DNA of 64,000 nucleotides. Origin: a virus. Below, piece by piece: positions 27,541 through 35,902 of the stretch. Every line of letters starts with the position of its first letter. The first letter of the stretch is position 1. The translations under genes and the position numbers were made by a program. The stretch is from the IMG/VR virus record IMGVR_UViG_3300042691_018174; one strand, written 5' to 3'. The notes beneath the pieces are model-generated. The model did no database searches. It saw nothing but the letters and a program-made list of their open reading frames with translations, and was not told the DNA's origin.

Positions 27541-29253
27541 ATGAGCTGGAAAAAATATTTCACACCAGTGAAAACTGGAAATTCTGGTACGATGAGTCCT
27601 ATGACTAATACTGGAAATTCTTACAATGCTTTTAGAAGCAACTATAGTAGCTTTTTGCCTGATGTTTATAGTGGTCATCCTAATAGATTAGAAAGATATC
27701 AACAATACAATACCATGGATGCAGACAGCGAAGTTAACGCTGCCCTAGACATTCTAGCTGAATTTTGTACACAAAAAAATAAAGATAATGGTACCTGTTT
27801 TGAAATAAGATACAATGAACAGGCTACTAATACCGAAGTTAAAATTTTAAAAAAATCTTTACAACAATGGTACAAATTAAATCAATTCGATGTTAGAATT
27901 TTTAAGACAATCAGAAATTTATTTAAATTTGGTGATGCTTTCTTTGTTAGAGATCCAGAAACTCAAAAATGGGTTTACATTGATCCTAGCAAAGTAGATA
28001 AAATTATTGTAAATGAAAGTGAAGGTAAAGAACCTGAACAATATGTTATCCGTGATTTAAACATTAATTTACAAGATTTAGTAGTCACACAAATTAATCC
28101 TAATGCTCCTAATGCTACACCAGGAAATGCTGCATATGTTACTGGCGGGGGATTTCAAAGAGGAATGGTCGGTGGATATCCACAACTAACTGGCAGCAGA
28201 TTCAGTAATAGCCAAGATCAAGTAGCTATAGATGCTAATCATGTTGTACATTTAAGTTTAAGTGAAGGATTAGACAGTAATTTTCCTTTTGGAAATAGCC
28301 TGTTAGAGATGTGTTTTAAAGTTTACAAGCAAAAAGAGTTACTTGAAGACGCTATTATTATATATCGTGTAATGAGAGCCCCTGAACGTAGGGTTTTTTA
28401 CGTTGACGTTGGAAATATGCCTAGTCATTTGGCTATGAGTTTCGTAGAAAGAGTTAAAAATGAAGTCAATCAACGTAGAATTCCTAGTGTTACAGGTGGT
28501 GGACAAAGCGTTATAGATAGTGGTTTTAACCCATTATCTATCAATGAAGATTACTTTTTCCCACAAACTGCAGAAGGTCGAGGCAGTAAAGTTGAAGTAC
28601 TTCCTGGAGGTTCAAATCTAGGTGAAATTGAAGATTTACGCTTCTTTACAAACAAATTGTTTAGAGCGTTACGCATACCAAGTAGCTATTTGCCCACAGG
28701 ACCAGATGATTCAAACGCTAGTTTCACTGATGGAAGAGTAGGGACTGCATATATACAAGAGTTAAGATTCAATAATTATTGTGAAAGATTACAAAGTATT
28801 TTCACTGAAACATTTGATTTAGAATTCAAATTATACTTGAAAAGTAATGGAATCAATATTGATCCCAATATTTTTGATCTAAGATTCAACCCACCACAGA
28901 ACTTTGCTGCTTATAGACAAACTGAACTCGATGGACAACGTGTAAGTACTTTCCAAGCAGTTGCAGAGATTCCATATATGAGTAAACGATTTGCTCTAAA
29001 ACGTTTCTTAGGTTTAAGTGCAGAAGAAATGCAAGAGAACGAAATGTTATGGAGACAAGAAAATATTGTGGGAGATACAGGTTCAGCTCAAGCTCCTGGA
29101 CAGGAAATGAGAGGAATTGGTATAACTCCAGGCGGATTACAGCAGGATATGGATTCATTAGAAAGTAATGAAATGAATCCAGAAGAACTACCACCAGGTA
29201 TGGAAGAGCAGCAAACCACTGGCTCTACCCCAGAAACACCGCCGGCACAATAA
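27541..29253 (+). CDS. Portal protein, T4 gp20-like
   Basis: LLEDAIIIYRVMRAPERRVFYVDVGNMP, EDYFFP...GRGSKVEVLPGG.NLGEIEDL.FF..KL.RAL.IP.S.L. Confidence 0.97.
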   Translation: MSWKKYFTPVKTGNSGTMSPMTNTGNSYNAFRSNYSSFLPDVYSGHPNRLERYQQYNTMDADSEVNAALDILAEFCTQKNKDNGTCFEIRYNEQATNTEVKILKKSLQQWYKLNQFDVRIFKTIRNLFKFGDAFFVRDPETQKWVYIDPSKVDKIIVNESEGKEPEQYVIRDLNINLQDLVVTQINPNAPNATPGNAAYVTGGGFQRGMVGGYPQLTGSRFSNSQDQVAIDANHVVHLSLSEGLDSNFPFGNSLLEMCFKVYKQKELLEDAIIIYRVMRAPERRVFYVDVGNMPSHLAMSFVERVKNEVNQRRIPSVTGGGQSVIDSGFNPLSINEDYFFPQTAEGRGSKVEVLPGGSNLGEIEDLRFFTNKLFRALRIPSSYLPTGPDDSNASFTDGRVGTAYIQELRFNNYCERLQSIFTETFDLEFKLYLKSNGINIDPNIFDLRFNPPQNFAAYRQTELDGQRVSTFQAVAEIPYMSKRFALKRFLGLSAEEMQENEMLWRQENIVGDTGSAQAPGQEMRGIGITPGGLQQDMDSLESNEMNPEELPPGMEEQQTTGSTPETPPAQ

Positions 29254-29256
29254 ATA
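29251..29256 (+). promoter_or_regulatory. Late promoter box TAAATA overlapping the portal stop codon
   Basis: 8 nt upstream of ATG 29265, which has no SD. Confidence 0.5.
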
Positions 29257-29264
29257 GTATTACT

Positions 29265-29522
29265 ATGTTTTTAAAAGAATTCTTTTATTTTAATAAAGAT
29301 TATAAGAAAGATGATGATCTTGACGGTGATATTATCGAAGATAAACGATATAATCCTGAAGATGATAAGGATGTTCTACGATTGTCAGATACTAGAAAGA
29401 CTAGACTCACACTGAAACAAATCAATCAGATGCGTAAAAACTTTGAAGCACACATGTCAGAAGTTGCTATGGAATCTGAGCTGATACAAGCTCAATATGC
29501 TACTCCAGTTCAACAATCATAA
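29265..29522 (+). CDS. Small head-module protein (prohead core position, 85 aa)
   Basis: Directly after portal; MFLKE start resembles an LxE protease site; DTRKTRLTLKQINQMRK. Confidence 0.7.
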   Translation: MFLKEFFYFNKDYKKDDDLDGDIIEDKRYNPEDDKDVLRLSDTRKTRLTLKQINQMRKNFEAHMSEVAMESELIQAQYATPVQQS

Positions 29523-29553
29523 ATAAACGTCTAAAAAAATTTGACTTTTTAGA

Positions 29554-29571
29554 CAAAAAGACGTCTTTTTG
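29554..29571. repeat. Perfect 18-bp palindrome CAAAAAGACGTCTTTTTG
   Basis: Seen directly; preceded by a second inverted repeat GTCTAAAAA...TTTTTAGAC (29529-29554). Confidence 0.85.
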
Positions 29572-29603
29572 ACGTATTTCTGCTATAAAAATTATCTACG
29601 CTG

Positions 29604-29609
29604 TAAATA
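29604..29609 (+). promoter_or_regulatory. Late promoter box TAAATA for the core/protease/scaffold/capsid operon
   Basis: Intergenic, 38 nt upstream of ATG 29648, which has an AAGGAG SD. Confidence 0.6.
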
Positions 29610-29647
29610 TACTCGACAGCCTTGCCTAATTATAAGGAGACCTTGCA

Positions 29648-30400
29648 ATGCAATCAAAATTTGAACAATTACTAGACTATCTAGTTAATGAAGAAACTGA
29701 CAAAGCCAACGAGCTTTTCCACGAAATTGTAGTGGAGAAAAGCCGACAGATTTATGAAAATCTTCTAGATGAAGAAAATGAAGGACAAGAAGTTGAAGAA
29801 GCCAATGATACTGATGAGGATGATTCAGCTGTTGAAGAAAATTTTGAAGAAGAGAGCGTTTATGAAATCGGTGGTGACGAAACTGATGATTTCGTAAATG
29901 ATGTAAGTGGTATGGGTGACGAAGAAATGCCCGTAGATGGTGAAGAAGGTGAAGATGGTGAAGAAGGTGGCATGGAAGATGACATTTACGACATCAAAAA
30001 CGACCTAGAAGAACTCAAAGCTGAAATTGAGAAATTAGTTGCAGCTACACCAGGTGCAGACTCTCAGGGTGAAGAAGATGAAATGAAAGTTTCTGAAGAA
30101 GACGATGTTCTAAGAGAATATGTTGATAAAGTAGCAGCTCCTAGCAACACTTCAGAAAAAAGCAGCAGCCCTGTAGCAGGTAAAAATGATATGGGCGGCG
30201 TAGCAGTAAAGACTGGTAGTGGATCACCAGAAGCAGGCGGCAAAGTTACAGCCCCAAAAGAAGACAATGCCGGTAACGGTAATGTCCCAGGTGGCAAGAT
30301 GGGAATCAAAAATCTAAGCAAAGTATCCGGTGGACATGGCGCTGAGAAGAAAGGTTCCGGAGACGGCGCTAGCGGCAAAAGCAGCGTAATTGGTAGTTAA
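29648..30400 (+). CDS. Acidic prohead core protein (gp67/gp68 position, 250 aa)
   Basis: Very Glu/Asp-rich N-terminal part, Gly/Lys/Ser-rich tail; lies between portal and protease. Confidence 0.7.
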   Translation: MQSKFEQLLDYLVNEETDKANELFHEIVVEKSRQIYENLLDEENEGQEVEEANDTDEDDSAVEENFEEESVYEIGGDETDDFVNDVSGMGDEEMPVDGEEGEDGEEGGMEDDIYDIKNDLEELKAEIEKLVAATPGADSQGEEDEMKVSEEDDVLREYVDKVAAPSNTSEKSSSPVAGKNDMGGVAVKTGSGSPEAGGKVTAPKEDNAGNGNVPGGKMGIKNLSKVSGGHGAEKKGSGDGASGKSSVIGS

Positions 30401-30414
30401 TTTAGGAACGATCG

Positions 30415-31041
30415 ATGAGCCTTATTTTACGTGAAAACTTATCATTTGACCAAGCTCGATGCATAGTTGAGTCTGATGATGCAGATGGTAAGACCCTTTA
30501 TATGAAGGGAATTTGCATTCAAGGCGGAATCCGAAACGCGAATCAACGAGTATACCCTGTTGATCAAATTGGCAATGCTGTCAAAACATTAGTCGATCAG
30601 ATTAAAAACGGATACAGTGTTTTAGGCGAAGTCGATCATCCAGATGATTTGAAAGTTAATTTGGACCGTGTTAGTCACATGATCACAGATATGTGGATGG
30701 ACGGTCCAAATGGTTACGGTAAATTTAAAATTTTACCAACACCAATGGGAAATTTAGTACGCACTATGCTAGAGTCTGGCGTTAAGCTAGGTGTATCTAG
30801 TAGAGGTAGCGGAAACGTTGACGACAGAAACGGTGAAGTCAGCGATTTTGAGATAATAACAGTTGATGTTGTTGCACAACCAAGTGCTCCAGGAGCATAT
30901 CCTACAGCCATTTATGAACATTTTATGAATTCTAAAGGTGGTTATAGGGCTATACAAATAGCGCATGAGGTTAAAGAGGATCCAAAGGCCCAAAAATATC
31001 TTAAGGAAAATATCCTTAACATTATTCAAGGTCTAAAATAA
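30415..31041 (+). CDS. Prohead protease, T4 gp21-like
   Basis: NANQRVYP, GEVDHP (His), LGVSSRGSG (Ser), DVVAQPSAPGAY (Asp). Confidence 0.97.
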   Translation: MSLILRENLSFDQARCIVESDDADGKTLYMKGICIQGGIRNANQRVYPVDQIGNAVKTLVDQIKNGYSVLGEVDHPDDLKVNLDRVSHMITDMWMDGPNGYGKFKILPTPMGNLVRTMLESGVKLGVSSRGSGNVDDRNGEVSDFEIITVDVVAQPSAPGAYPTAIYEHFMNSKGGYRAIQIAHEVKEDPKAQKYLKENILNIIQGLK

Positions 31042-31059
31042 GCCCGAGGAGAAAAAGAG

Positions 31060-32160
31060 ATGTTGGACGCATTTAAAAAACTTTTCGAGAGCGGAATGAT
31101 TTCCGAGGAGATCAAAGCCGATATCGAAAATGCTTGGAATACAAAACTCCAAGAAACTCGCGACCAACTTACTGCTGAATTAAGAGAAGAATTCGCACAG
31201 CGATACGAACATGATCGTGGTGTTATGATCGAATCTCTTGATAAAATGGTAAGTGATAAAATGGAAGCAGAAATTGTTGAATTTGTGGAAGATCGTAAAG
31301 GTCTAGCGGAAGCAAAAGCACAATACGAAGCAAAAATGACTAAAGATACTGAACTACTTGAGTCATTTATTCTACAAAATTTAGCAAAAGAATTAGGTGA
31401 GTTTCAAAAGGATAGACAAAAAGTTGCAGAAAACTTTGCAAAGTTAGAAGCATTTGTTGTCGAAGCATTAGCCCAAGAAATTACTGAATTTACAGAAGAT
31501 AAGAAAGATCTTGCAGAAACTAAAGTTCGTTTGGTACAAGAAGCAAAAAATAAATTTGCTGAAATTAAACAAACGTTCATTAAAAAGAGTGCTGCTATTG
31601 TTGAAAACGTTGTTAGCAAAAAACTTAACAGTGAAATTGTACAACTACGTGAAGACATTGACAGTGCTAGACAAAATGACTTTGGACGCAAGATTTATGA
31701 AGCATTCAGTTCAGAATTTATGACTAGTTACGTTAATGAAAAGTCAGCTACTTCCAGACTTTTGAAAATCATTGACAAAAAAGAACTAGAACTTAAAGAA
31801 GCAAAAACTGCATTAGATCAAAAGCAGAAAGTTGTCGAGAGCAAAGAGCGTGAAGCTCGTATTGCTCAAGATTTAATGGAACGCAAAGAAATGATGCAAG
31901 AATTACTAGCTCCGCTCAGTGGTGATAAAAGAGCCGTTATGAATCAACTTTTAGAAAGTGTAAAAACTGAAAAGTTATCATTGGCCTTTGACAAATATCT
32001 GCCAGCGGTGATGGAAGGCAAGGCACAAACTAAGGCACCTAAACAGGCACTAAATGAAAGTAAAGAAGTTACAGGCGACAAGCCTAGCAAACCAATCACT
32101 GCCGAGGCCGGTATTGATAATTTAATTGACATCCGCAAACTAGCGGGTCTTAAGATTTAA
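31060..32160 (+). CDS. Prohead scaffold, T4 gp22-like
   Basis: Glu/Lys-rich coiled coil between protease and capsid genes; C-terminal IRKLAGL. Confidence 0.85.
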   Translation: MLDAFKKLFESGMISEEIKADIENAWNTKLQETRDQLTAELREEFAQRYEHDRGVMIESLDKMVSDKMEAEIVEFVEDRKGLAEAKAQYEAKMTKDTELLESFILQNLAKELGEFQKDRQKVAENFAKLEAFVVEALAQEITEFTEDKKDLAETKVRLVQEAKNKFAEIKQTFIKKSAAIVENVVSKKLNSEIVQLREDIDSARQNDFGRKIYEAFSSEFMTSYVNEKSATSRLLKIIDKKELELKEAKTALDQKQKVVESKEREARIAQDLMERKEMMQELLAPLSGDKRAVMNQLLESVKTEKLSLAFDKYLPAVMEGKAQTKAPKQALNESKEVTGDKPSKPITAEAGIDNLIDIRKLAGLKI

Positions 32161-32172
32161 GGAGATGACAAG

Positions 32173-33339
32173 ATGTCCGTATTGCTAAACGAAAAATGGC
32201 AAGAAACCAAAGAGGCCCTGCTAGAAGGGTTACAAGGTCACAAGCGTAGCGTCATGGGCGTTACACTTGAGAACACTCGCAAGTATCTTGCAGAAAGTGC
32301 AACAGCTGGTTCTACCAGTGCAGGTAACGTTGCAACCCTAAACCGTGTGATCCTTCCAGTGATCAGACGTGTTATGCCGACTGTTATTGCTAACGAAATC
32401 GTTGGTGTACAGCCAATGACTGGTCCAGTTGGTCAAATCCATACACTACGTGTCCGCTATGCTGACAGTGGTGATGGTGTTACAGCTGGTGATGAAGCAC
32501 TAAGCCCATTCAAGATTGCTGCTGCTTACTCTGGAAACAACACAGATTCTACCCCTAAAGCGAATAGTACTGCTGCTTTAGAAGGATCACCAGGTAAGCG
32601 TATGAGCATTCAAATCTTGAAACAAGCTGTTGAAGCCAAAACACGCAAACTAAGCGCACGTTGGACTTTTGAAGCTGCTCAAGATGCACAAGCTCAACAA
32701 GGTATTGATATTGAAGCAGAAATTATGGCTGCATTAGCACAAGAAATTACTGCTGAAATTGATCAAGAAGTTCTAGCAAGCCTACGCAGTTTAGCTAGTT
32801 TAGGTTCTACCTATGACCAAGCTGCTGTTAGTGGTACTGCTACTTTCGTTGGTGACGAACACGCTGCATTAGCTGTTCTAATCAACAGAGAAGCAAACAA
32901 AGTTGCACAGCGTACACGTCGTGGTGCTGCAAACTGGGCAGTTGTTTCTGCTGAAGCCCTAACAATTCTTCAGTCTGCTACAACCAGCGCATTTGCACGT
33001 ACAACAGAAGGTACTTTCGAAGCACCTACAAACACTAAGTTTGTTGGTACATTGAACGGTGCTATGCGTGTTTACGTTGATGGTTATGCTGCTGATGGTA
33101 CAGGTGTACTAATTGGTTACAAAGGACCAAGCGAGGCAGATGCTGCTGCATTCTATTGCCCATACATCCCTCTAATGAGCTCTGGCGTTGTGCTAGATCC
33201 AGCTACATTTGAGCCAGTTGTAGGCTTTATGACAAGATATGGCTATGTTGAATTAACCAACACAGCATCATCTCTTGGCAATGCTGCTGACTACCTAAGC
33301 GAAATTGGCATTACAACTGCCAACGTTAGCTTCCAGTAA
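32173..33339 (+). CDS. Major capsid protein, T4 gp23-like (388 aa)
   Basis: IRRVMPTVIANEIVGVQPMTGPVGQI, VEAKTRKLSARWTFEAAQD, EITAEIDQE, FYCPYIPL, FMTRYG; probable maturation site YLAE/S at residue 41. Confidence 0.98.
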   Translation: MSVLLNEKWQETKEALLEGLQGHKRSVMGVTLENTRKYLAESATAGSTSAGNVATLNRVILPVIRRVMPTVIANEIVGVQPMTGPVGQIHTLRVRYADSGDGVTAGDEALSPFKIAAAYSGNNTDSTPKANSTAALEGSPGKRMSIQILKQAVEAKTRKLSARWTFEAAQDAQAQQGIDIEAEIMAALAQEITAEIDQEVLASLRSLASLGSTYDQAAVSGTATFVGDEHAALAVLINREANKVAQRTRRGAANWAVVSAEALTILQSATTSAFARTTEGTFEAPTNTKFVGTLNGAMRVYVDGYAADGTGVLIGYKGPSEADAAAFYCPYIPLMSSGVVLDPATFEPVVGFMTRYGYVELTNTASSLGNAADYLSEIGITTANVSFQ

Positions 33340-33360
33340 TTTAATTACTGAAACAAAAAC

Positions 33361-33388
33361 AAAAAGCCCCAGATTTTGGGGCTTTTTT
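33361..33388 (+). terminator. Rho-independent terminator after the capsid gene
   Basis: AAAAAGCCCC-AGATTTT-GGGGC-TTTTTT; an extra hairpin CAGTAAT-TTA-ATTACTG covers the stop codon (33334-33350). Confidence 0.92.
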
Positions 33389-33393
33389 GTGAG

Positions 33394-33399
33394 TAAATA
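33394..33399 (+). promoter_or_regulatory. Late promoter box TAAATA
   Basis: Immediately after the terminator, 5 nt before ATG 33405. Confidence 0.6.
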
Positions 33400-33404
33400 G
33401 TAAT

Positions 33405-33683
33405 ATGGAAGATTATCAAATATCTAACAGTACTGAATGGAACAATGTTCGAATCAAACTAGAAAAAAGTAGAAAAAATCTTTCTATGTTTAAAGAAGAT
33501 GTGGATAGAATGCTCTATTCAATAGATACTGAAGTTAAAAAATTAGGAAATTTAGAAGTTATTGCTAGAAATAAAAAATCAAATAGTTGTATAATTGCAG
33601 CACAAACACAGCTAGATTTAGTAAATCAAAGAATCAAAAATTTTAACAAATTTTATATGATAGCACTGATGTCATATACTTAA
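33405..33683 (+). CDS. Hypothetical helical protein (92 aa)
   Basis: Fills the gap between two late boxes; no motif recognised. Confidence 0.7.
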   Translation: MEDYQISNSTEWNNVRIKLEKSRKNLSMFKEDVDRMLYSIDTEVKKLGNLEVIARNKKSNSCIIAAQTQLDLVNQRIKNFNKFYMIALMSYT

Positions 33684-33699
33684 CTGACAAACAAGCAGA

Positions 33700-33705
33700 T
33701 AAATA
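33700..33705 (+). promoter_or_regulatory. Late promoter box (A)TAAATA for the fibre/appendage operon
   Basis: Intergenic, followed by AAGGA SD and ATG 33724. Confidence 0.65.
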
Positions 33706-33723
33706 TCATATAAGGAAAATATT

Positions 33724-34809
33724 ATGCCATCCATAAAAGACGTAAAAAGAGTATCCGGAGATCATCATATACAAACAACGAATGACATCCATTTAGAAAC
33801 ACAGTTTTCTACTGGAAATAACGGCACTGTATGGATTTATGGTAATCTTAATGTTATTGGTACCACAACAACTATTGAATCAAATGAACTAGTAATTGGT
33901 GACAAAATACTAGTTTTAAATAAAAATGAACAGGGGCTTAATAACGGAGCACTGGCAGGAGTTAGCGGAGACGGCATATCCGGACTATCCATAGCTAGGG
34001 GAGGTCCATCAGCACCAAATGAAAATGCAAATTTAGTATATAATCAAAATAAAAATTGGTCTTACGGAGGTAATACAAATTCTGGAATGTGGGAATTTTT
34101 AGTAGGTCCTGCTACTGGAGGTATTGGAAATCCTTCGGGTATAACAATTTCGGCAATTAGAACTGGCAGCTCTAACAGAGATTTAAGTTTATTAGGAGCA
34201 GAAAATCCTAGCGCCACAGTGACTTTATCTGGTGTTTTAAACTATACTTCTAGAATTGTAAACAGAAATAATCCTGATGACGTACCAAACAAAGGATACG
34301 TTGACTATGCTATTGAAGGTCAGCCTGACAGAAGAAGATTGCAATTAAATTATAGAAACAATCTAAATATTTTAGTTCAAGATCCAACGAACTATTTAGA
34401 ACTAGTAGATGTAGCAGTTCCTGGTTATGCAGGAGTAGTAGAACCTCAGCTTCGAATGGGTATTGGCGGCAATCAATGGGTAACGGCTTACAACAATAGA
34501 ATCATTATTGGTGATATTAAAATTCTTGATAGTAATGAAATTACTATGGAAGCACCAAATACTTCTATGATACTTTCTACTAACCCATCAGGTGGCACAA
34601 CACAAAACCCAAGTGTAGAATTACATACATCATTAAGTTTAAAAATTGATACAGTATACGACGAACCAACATCTAGTGGAACTGCTGTTAAGATATATTC
34701 TCGAACAGAAGGAAATGGAAACACTGGAATTTATTTTGTAAATAGTAATAACAGAAGAGACGAATTACCAAGTAAACGCAGAAGTTTTTTTGCTAGTTTA
34801 GTCCTTTAA
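33724..34809 (+). CDS. Virion structural protein, fibre-like (361 aa)
   Basis: GNLNVIGTTTTIES..L.IGDKILVLNK and VPNKGYVD motifs common in phage fibre shafts. Confidence 0.65.
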   Translation: MPSIKDVKRVSGDHHIQTTNDIHLETQFSTGNNGTVWIYGNLNVIGTTTTIESNELVIGDKILVLNKNEQGLNNGALAGVSGDGISGLSIARGGPSAPNENANLVYNQNKNWSYGGNTNSGMWEFLVGPATGGIGNPSGITISAIRTGSSNRDLSLLGAENPSATVTLSGVLNYTSRIVNRNNPDDVPNKGYVDYAIEGQPDRRRLQLNYRNNLNILVQDPTNYLELVDVAVPGYAGVVEPQLRMGIGGNQWVTAYNNRIIIGDIKILDSNEITMEAPNTSMILSTNPSGGTTQNPSVELHTSLSLKIDTVYDEPTSSGTAVKIYSRTEGNGNTGIYFVNSNNRRDELPSKRRSFFASLVL

Positions 34810-34818
34810 GGAAGAATA

Positions 34819-35151
34819 ATGATCACAGCAACTAATATATCAACAACCAATCAAACAGACGTTTTTATTGCAGGGGAAGAAAGTGCAATAACAACTTTAA
34901 TTATTTGTAATCATGATGCAGTAACAGATGCGACCATTAATGTTTGGGTAGTACCTGGAACAGGTAATCCAAGATTACCAGGTACCACAGCAGTGCAACA
35001 TCAAATTTTAAAAGATTTAAGAATTGTTGCCAGCGACACTTTTGTTATGGATATGGAAAAACTAGTATTAGACCTACAGGACAAAATAGTAGTACAAGCA
35101 AGCATTGGAAACGCAGTCAATGTAGTCGTAAGTAGCATGGCGATAGAATAA
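34819..35151 (+). CDS. Small beta-rich virion protein (110 aa), paralogue of 42561-42890
   Basis: Shared I...CN/NL...I.V.V...I.K.L.I...EKLVL...D/I.V pattern. Confidence 0.65.
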   Translation: MITATNISTTNQTDVFIAGEESAITTLIICNHDAVTDATINVWVVPGTGNPRLPGTTAVQHQILKDLRIVASDTFVMDMEKLVLDLQDKIVVQASIGNAVNVVVSSMAIE

Positions 35152-35891
35152 TGAGATTTATTAAAAGAAAAAACATAGATACGTATCTGCCAAAGAGTCA
35201 GAGATTTTCTGTTGAAAACGATGGCAGAGCTATCATAGATACTAATAAGAGTCTAACACTACCAATTGGTGATAACACTGAACGTCCAGGCACAGGTGTG
35301 CCTGGTATGATAAGGTATAATGACCAAATAGAAGATTTTGAAGTCTTTACTTCATATGCCTCTTGGGGTTGGGAAAAAGTTAGAACAGATAGACCTAGTG
35401 ACATCACTATATCGAACATTGGTACAGGTCAAGGCGATGGCACGGTTGCAACTATCAGTGTTTTAAATTCTGGATCAGGGTATGATCCACTGAACCCGCC
35501 AACAATAACTATTGGCAATCCGGACATTGGTACCGATAATGCAGTGATCGGAAATATTACTATTGTTGCAGGACAAATTACAGCCGTAGCAGTTGCAGAT
35601 TCAGGAAGCGGTTATATCTCAGTACCAACAATTACAATATCAGGCGGAAATCAATCAGCACAACTACTAGTACAATTAACTGGAACTTTAGAATATCTAT
35701 TACCAGTCATACCAGTGAATAGTCAAGGTAATTTAAGTGCAACCAATGTTCAAGTATATGTTGAAAACGTATACCAATTACCAGGAATTAACTATACATT
35801 GGTTCTACAGTCAGGCAATGCATATGTTAGATTCGATGCACCTGTTCCATTTGGAAAACCAGTATACGCAATATACGGGTTTGATAGGTAA
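35151..35891 (+). CDS. Virion structural protein (246 aa)
   Basis: LTLPIG...RP...GMIRYN fibre motif, two GSGY..PTITI repeats, VYVENVYQLPGINYTL domain. Confidence 0.65.
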   Translation: MRFIKRKNIDTYLPKSQRFSVENDGRAIIDTNKSLTLPIGDNTERPGTGVPGMIRYNDQIEDFEVFTSYASWGWEKVRTDRPSDITISNIGTGQGDGTVATISVLNSGSGYDPLNPPTITIGNPDIGTDNAVIGNITIVAGQITAVAVADSGSGYISVPTITISGGNQSAQLLVQLTGTLEYLLPVIPVNSQGNLSATNVQVYVENVYQLPGINYTLVLQSGNAYVRFDAPVPFGKPVYAIYGFDR

Positions 35892-35902
35892 AGGATTGTA
35901 AA

